A stretch of 64,000 nucleotides of DNA from a virus: the IMG/VR virus record IMGVR_UViG_3300050128_000053, positions 1 through 64,000 of that record. One strand, given 5' to 3'. Every line of letters starts with the position of its first letter. The first letter of the stretch is position 1. Made by a program: the position numbers and the translations under genes. A model generated the notes under the pieces. That model did no database searches. It worked only from the letters and a program-made list of their open reading frames with translations, and was not told the DNA's origin. Positions 58,932 to 64,000 of the stretch are shown piece after piece.

Positions 58932-59180
58932 ATGGATCCAAATACCCACACCCACACCCGAGAGGGCGAGCCGGATTACACCCACGATCACGCTGACCCT
59001 GGCTGCACGCACACCTGGAAAACGTGCCCGGTCCATGGCAAGCTCGATGGGGAGATGCCGAAGTTCCGTGTCGCCATGACGTGCATCTACGGCGGGGCTG
59101 AGTTGAAGGGTGGTGGCACCTGGGACCAGGACACGTCCAACGAGGTTGTCGAGAAGATCACCACAAGTTGGGGTAGGTAA
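58932..59180 (+). CDS. Hypothetical protein
   Basis: His/Cys-rich, CPVHG. Confidence 0.5.
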   Translation: MDPNTHTHTREGEPDYTHDHADPGCTHTWKTCPVHGKLDGEMPKFRVAMTCIYGGAELKGGGTWDQDTSNEVVEKITTSWGR

Positions 59181-59417
59181 ATGTCCACATGGAGTGCCCA
59201 CATGGAGTGCCCGTTCCGTCCCGAGTGCGACTGGGGCAGCGTGTCTTGGACCGACAATGCGGGCCGGGAGTTGGCAGCAGAGCAATGGCGTGTTCACAAG
59301 GCCATGCACACACGGTTCGGTCCCGTGTTCGTGAGGGAGCGGTGCGTAGTTGGAGCCCTTCAGGGCTACAGCGTACACGCCGGATTAGCTGAGGTACCGC
59401 ATCAAGCAACGAGCTGA
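59181..59417 (+). CDS. Hypothetical protein
   Basis: Abuts the previous ORF; C..C..H..H. Confidence 0.45.
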   Translation: MSTWSAHMECPFRPECDWGSVSWTDNAGRELAAEQWRVHKAMHTRFGPVFVRERCVVGALQGYSVHAGLAEVPHQATS

Positions 59418-59617
59418 GCGTAGTTCGGATCAACTGCTCGCAAGATCTCGTCGAGGTCATCACCCACGATCCCATCGCAGTGCTGACGCAGCCGCCGCTC
59501 GTAAAGACTGGCGTCATAGACCCCGTTACAACCGTGACAAAGTCCGGTGTCCTCTCCCAAGTGCATCAAAGGAGTGGGGATAGAGCACCTGCATTCGTAG
59601 CTGGGGTGAAGTTTCAT
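59402..59617 (-). CDS. Small Cys-rich protein, paralog B
   Basis: Colinear and highly similar to 57451-57666. Confidence 0.7.
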   Translation of the reverse strand: MKLHPSYECRCSIPTPLMHLGEDTGLCHGCNGVYDASLYERRLRQHCDGIVGDDLDEILRAVDPNYAQLVA

Positions 59618-59658
59618 GAAGAGGGACTATAGCTGCTGCTCACCCTCTTCTCGATTCA

Positions 59659-59871
59659 TTACGAAACAGGATTGCCGGCGGCGTCACGGCCCCACGCACC
59701 ATTGGCGTAACCCCAACCACCGAAGATCATGTCGGCGAGGAAAGCCAAGAACGCTGCGGAAATCCACAAGTTCCACGGCGAGCCCAGGCACAGAGCATTG
59801 TCGGCGGCACTGGCGATGACGGCAAATACGGTCAGAACAACCGCTGCCACGAGAAAGATGCGCAATCTCAT
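59659..59871 (-). CDS. Small two-TM membrane protein
   Basis: AAGGAG RBS; two hydrophobic segments. Confidence 0.6.
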   Translation of the reverse strand: MRLRIFLVAAVVLTVFAVIASAADNALCLGSPWNLWISAAFLAFLADMIFGGWGYANGAWGRDAAGNPVS

Positions 59872-60055
59872 TTGAAGCTCCTTTGTCTCAAGAGCCTTTA
59901 CCCTACTTCAAAGGTGCGCTTGATTTGGGGTGAGCGGCCAGTGCGCTGAACGGGCTTGCGCTCGACCACCTTTTCAGGTGCTTTCTTCTTGGTCGGAAAG
60001 CCCATTGTCAGAGTTTCCTTGCGGGGAGCCTTCTTTGGTTTCTTTGCAGCCACCC

Positions 60056-60364
60056 TCAACTCCTCACGTATTCGCCAAGATGGATCATCTCAGCAAGGAA
60101 AATGCCTTCAATCTCGTTTCCCCACGCATCCCATCCGTCACGCTTGCGCCTTGCGAACATCTCCAACCTGTGCGCGTCAGGATACATGGAGTCTATGCGA
60201 TCTTGAACCTCGTCGGGCTTGCGACTGTGGTCCTGTTTCGGAGCGTAGACTTCTTCACCAATCACGTCTTCACCCACAAACACCGTTTGACGGATTGACT
60301 CGTCAGCCAGTGGCAACGGACGCCCGGTTTCTTCCGTGGACCCCACCAGCACGAATTCGGTTCG
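60056..60364 (-). pseudogene. MT-A70-family methyltransferase, C-terminal fragment only
   Basis: TEFVLVG, HSRKPDEV, RLEMFARRKRDGWDAWGNE; in-frame stop just upstream, no DPPW. Confidence 0.75.
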
Positions 60365-60441
60365 TCATGCGCCGTTCCGGGCCAAGAGCAGCGCATGGGC
60401 AGCATAAACCGGGAAAAGTATGGCCGATTGCAGGGATATTT

Positions 60442-61827
60442 TCAAGCATGATCGATTACTTCGGCCTCTCCCCAACCTTCTTCGTCGTCGTAGAACTCCT
60501 CTTCGTCTTCTTCGTCGTCACGTTCACCTCTCGTCATGCCTACGCCCACAGTAGCGCCAGGAGTAAGACCCATTGCGTCTAATGCCTGGCTGATAGCGCC
60601 TTGTGGTGGGCCCTCGGGATCGATGCGCTCGAGTTCCTTGACGTCCTTGAGCATTTTGAACCAGCGGTCATACTCTTGACCCACACGTGGCTGAATGTCA
60701 CCGCCGTCGATTTGCTCAGCGAACGTGCTAAATGCGGCTCGGCCGAACTGCCACTCAAGAAGGGTCTGCCCCGCCGCCTCCCAATCAGCGCGTCCTTTGA
60801 TCTCGACTGGGATCGAGTAAGCGCAGAGCTGGCCGGGAGTGTGTTTCGGGCATGATCCTGAAAGATTGCAACTGTCGCATTGGCGCACTGACGTGGGTTT
60901 TGAGCCCACGCGCTCTTTATCAAGCTGGGCTTTCATCCCGATGATGGGCAAGATCTCATGACGTTCGTCATCATCCCTTGTCGGTACGAGTTCGGCCATT
61001 GGATCAGGTGTTTCTGTTGAAATAACCACCGAATCGGATTGTGGCATTTCAGTAGAGACAACTGCTATACGGTCACGAAGGCGCTCGGTCATCCTTTCAG
61101 CGGCCACGTACATCGATTTGATGGCCAGTTCAGTGAGCGCATCGCGGTCATTTGCAGCGCAACGGTCAGGGTCGACCCCGAGCGCCTCGATGTTGGCCCG
61201 ATTGACTTGAACCGCCCGAATAAGACGATCAGCTGAATAGTGCTTCAGTTTGCCGGCGGCATAGACCCACAGCTCTCCGTAACGCCTCGGAGAGAGCCAT
61301 GCCATGGTCGTGGTGGCCACGAACTTGCCCGTGCGCAGGGTCTGCAGATCGAGCACATTGGATCCGTAGAGCGTAGCTGGGATGCGTCTCATGGCATTGG
61401 CCGGCAACGACTTGGCCAGATTGGCGTTCACTCCCAGGCGCTCATATTCAGCAGCCAGTTGTTGCAGTTCTTCATCTTCAGTGGGGAAGACCACCACATT
61501 AGGTAGGATGGTCAGGTGATTTCTCACCTCTCGGCGGATTTTGCTCGGGCATGCCGGCGCATCGAGATCGAAGATCAGGCATTGATCGGCATTGCGCTCA
61601 GCGAAATCGAGATAGCTCTTGGAGAAATCAGCAAAATCGAAGGAGTCCTTCTTCGAGACTCCGGGCATGATGATGACCGACACCCCACGCGGCACGATCT
61701 TGAAGATGTCGTCGATACTGTGGCGGCGGGCCCATTCGTAAAATGAGATAGCGACGTGCGTGATGCCTTGGGCAAGGAGTGCCTCAAGGTAGATCGGTTG
61801 TTCAGCCGAAGAGAAATACAGGTCCAT
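60442..61827 (-). CDS. Conserved phage protein, possible TIM-barrel (TGT-like) N-domain plus Cys4 zinc motif and acidic tail
   Basis: MDLYFSSAE..ISFY; RQCDSC....CP......CAY; fold assignment uncertain. Confidence 0.6.
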   Translation of the reverse strand: MDLYFSSAEQPIYLEALLAQGITHVAISFYEWARRHSIDDIFKIVPRGVSVIIMPGVSKKDSFDFADFSKSYLDFAERNADQCLIFDLDAPACPSKIRREVRNHLTILPNVVVFPTEDEELQQLAAEYERLGVNANLAKSLPANAMRRIPATLYGSNVLDLQTLRTGKFVATTTMAWLSPRRYGELWVYAAGKLKHYSADRLIRAVQVNRANIEALGVDPDRCAANDRDALTELAIKSMYVAAERMTERLRDRIAVVSTEMPQSDSVVISTETPDPMAELVPTRDDDERHEILPIIGMKAQLDKERVGSKPTSVRQCDSCNLSGSCPKHTPGQLCAYSIPVEIKGRADWEAAGQTLLEWQFGRAAFSTFAEQIDGGDIQPRVGQEYDRWFKMLKDVKELERIDPEGPPQGAISQALDAMGLTPGATVGVGMTRGERDDEEDEEEFYDDEEGWGEAEVIDHA

Positions 61828-61830
61828 GCT

Positions 61831-62124
61831 TTACCCGGGAGGATAGACCTTCGACGTCCTCACGCGCCCTGATTTGTGCACCGCTACTCGGACAGAGCGG
61901 CCGAACTTCATTGCCCCCGATGGGTGCTTCTCGCCTGTCACCTCGAAAGCCCAGACCTGATTAGGACGACCCGCTACCCCCCGCGTGGTCACCCCTTCAT
62001 GCCCAAATGCCTTTGCCCCCGCTAATGCGCCGGCACGATGAGTAGCTTCAGATGCTGTAGGCGCATACCAACTGTCTGGGTAAGGGCCGCTGAACTGTTC
62101 ACTGAGATGTTCATCGGCGGCCAT
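61831..62124 (-). CDS. Hypothetical protein with HLSxQF N-terminus
   Basis: GAGGAG RBS; MAADEHLSEQF. Confidence 0.6.
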   Translation of the reverse strand: MAADEHLSEQFSGPYPDSWYAPTASEATHRAGALAGAKAFGHEGVTTRGVAGRPNQVWAFEVTGEKHPSGAMKFGRSVRVAVHKSGRVRTSKVYPPG

Positions 62125-62132
62125 GGTTCTCC

Positions 62133-62372
62133 TCAGCCATAAGGCGTGCTGTGATCTCGGTCCATTTCAGCGTCGGGTTCCGCCCGTGGGATCTGATTCT
62201 GCGCCCTGCTAATCGACCATTGCTGGTTCTGAAGGCGGTTGGCAATGGCACCGGGTCCTTCGATCGAGCTATCGGCCAACTGCCGGTGGATATCAGCCTC
62301 GGTACTCGACGGGCTCAGTTTGAAGATCGGCTGGGTAGGGGACTGTGAGTCATCCCTCTTGAAACGATTCAT
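62133..62372 (-). CDS. Hypothetical protein
   Basis: GAGG RBS, packed in operon. Confidence 0.45.
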   Translation of the reverse strand: MNRFKRDDSQSPTQPIFKLSPSSTEADIHRQLADSSIEGPGAIANRLQNQQWSISRAQNQIPRAEPDAEMDRDHSTPYG

Positions 62373-62832
62373 TGATACCGGCCTCTCGTGCGCTCTTCAC
62401 CGCATCCTGCAGCTCATCCCACGACTTGGTGGAATCGAGTGTCCCCACTGTACCTCTTCGACCAAAGAGGATGACCGCCTGACGGGTGGCCAGACACTGC
62501 TCGTAAATCGATTTGTAACCTGTAATGACCAAGTTGATTGGGCCTCTGGCCCGCTCACGAGAAAGAGCATTCCATTGGGAATCGTCGTACGTCTCGCATC
62601 GATCTTCGGGCGGCTCAATGACGACCTGGGCCTTGGGTAACCCATTCATTTTGCAGAAGTACGTGAGGTCTCGCTCTGAGTCAGTGGCAGCGAACACTAC
62701 AAGCCGAGTGACATCGTGCATTAATGCGGTGACCAGCTCGAGGCCCTCTGTGATCGGGATGGCGTCAGCAATGATCTTCCGATTAGGGCGAAGGATGATG
62801 CCCTCGGCCCCGACGAAGAGGGGACCTGGCAC
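62350..62832 (-). CDS. Degenerate HAD-fold-like protein
   Basis: LFVGAEGII..PITEGLELVTAL. Confidence 0.55.
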   Translation of the reverse strand: MPGPLFVGAEGIILRPNRKIIADAIPITEGLELVTALMHDVTRLVVFAATDSERDLTYFCKMNGLPKAQVVIEPPEDRCETYDDSQWNALSRERARGPINLVITGYKSIYEQCLATRQAVILFGRRGTVGTLDSTKSWDELQDAVKSAREAGINESFQEG

Positions 62833-63371
62833 TACCGGCCCGGGTGTCGACGCTGCTGACGATTCGGAAGTGTGGAGAGGTCGACAGCACCAGCGGGAGT
62901 GATCCCCCGACGAGCCATCTCCTGGGCCACATTTTGACTCTGCATAGCTTGAGCCATTGCAGCGGCGGCGGCCTGTTGAGCGGCCACGGTGCGATTCGCA
63001 ATCTCAAAAGCAGTGACGTCTTTTTGGATGGTGGCCGCAGCTATGAAGAAATCGTTGTGATTGGCTTCTCGGCCCACAATCAATGGCCGGTTGATCAGCG
63101 TGGAATCGGCAGTCCAATGTCCTGTGTGATCGGGGTACACGACAAACGCTGTCTCAAGCGTCAGGGGCGGCATGTCCTCAGGTGCAGAGACCGCAGGTTG
63201 TCCTTTCTCTTCTTCCTCCACCTCATCACTGGGAACAACTTCTGCCTCGTCGAACTCCTGGGCTGAAAATCCTCCATGGAACTCGGTATCGTCGATAGCA
63301 CCTTCGTCAACTACATCGGTCTGGGCGCTAGGCAAGCCAGACAGGTCGGCAGCGCCGCTTTCATTGGACAT
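62832..63371 (-). CDS. Hypothetical protein
   Basis: GGAGG RBS before MSNES; ETAFVV..G.W motif. Confidence 0.6.
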   Translation of the reverse strand: MSNESGAADLSGLPSAQTDVVDEGAIDDTEFHGGFSAQEFDEAEVVPSDEVEEEEKGQPAVSAPEDMPPLTLETAFVVYPDHTGHWTADSTLINRPLIVGREANHNDFFIAAATIQKDVTAFEIANRTVAAQQAAAAAMAQAMQSQNVAQEMARRGITPAGAVDLSTLPNRQQRRHPGR

Positions 63372-63470
63372 CGGGATCCTCCAAAGGGTGATGAGTATGA
63401 AAGCCCATACCCTAGCCATTTGGGAGTACGGTGTCGACCCATGGGTGTAAGAGAGGTAAGCGGAACAGCA

Positions 63471-64000
63471 ATGACATCAGGGGACAGAGTTGAAGCTCTT
63501 TTCTGCTCATTTTGTAAGACCCTTGAGGAGATCCCCGATTCTGATTACGACGGGCCCCGTGGTGAGAATCCCATAGTGGCCGAGCTATTGATGCGTCACA
63601 ACCAACGAGACCCTCAAGGGCACGGGTGGGGCGACGGAGTCGCACCGTTCGCACTCTTCGATTTCGATCCGGACGAGTGGGCGAATCAGCGCGAGCGCTG
63701 CATCAAGATCGTCAACGAGCGACTGAAGAAGTCAGGGAACAACGCCTGGGTGGCCGAGGCCATGAACACGTTCGGCGACGATGCTCTCAAGTGCTACCGC
63801 CAACACGGTCGCCCAACGGGTGGGTGCACTGATTACTGGTCAGACTCAAAGCGCATCGGCCGGCCCACCAGTGAAGGCAAGACAGTTCTCAAGCAGGCGC
63901 CCAAGCTTGGTGCAAAGGACCCCCACCTCTGCCAGTGGTGTCCAGTTCACACCTACGTCACAACGGAGCGCAGAGCGAAAGCGGGAATGTACAAAGAGCG
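63471..64000 (+). CDS. Conserved Cys/His-rich phage protein, 3' end outside the window (absent from the ORF track)
   Basis: Open frame: CSFCKTLEEIP..DALKCY..H.RP..C.DY..LCQWCPVH. Confidence 0.7.
   Translation, partial: MTSGDRVEALFCSFCKTLEEIPDSDYDGPRGENPIVAELLMRHNQRDPQGHGWGDGVAPFALFDFDPDEWANQRERCIKIVNERLKKSGNNAWVAEAMNTFGDDALKCYRQHGRPTGGCTDYWSDSKRIGRPTSEGKTVLKQAPKLGAKDPHLCQWCPVHTYVTTERRAKAGMYKE

Noticed and set aside
1-64000. tRNA, rRNA, integrase or transposase genes
   Set aside because: None recognised by eye; a tRNAscan/HMM run is needed to exclude them formally

Overview
64 kb of a large, GC-rich contractile-tailed (myovirus) phage genome, most likely infecting Actinobacteria. The gene set resembles Bxz1/cluster-C-like actinophages, and several genes have leaderless TAnnnT promoters. 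Almost everything from 1 to 52.4 kb is on the minus strand: small accessory genes; a replication block (SNF2 helicase, primase, DnaB-like helicase, DnaC-like ATPase); baseplate, tail, neck and head genes; an endolysin; four glycosyltransferases; and a Dam-like methylase. A repeat-rich, largely non-coding strand-switch region (about 51.2-53.1 kb) follows, then accessory genes that include a captured R-M module with a truncated endonuclease. The head genes are heavily interrupted. The major capsid gene contains an ORF-less 264-nt group I intron (34443-34706). The portal gene contains three inteins plus two separate 5-nt frame-breaking insertions, both in a GAGTT context and both directly followed by a hairpin. 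These insertions suggest an unexplained recoding step (ribosomal bypassing or micro-excision). Product calls come from motif recognition only; no searches were run.
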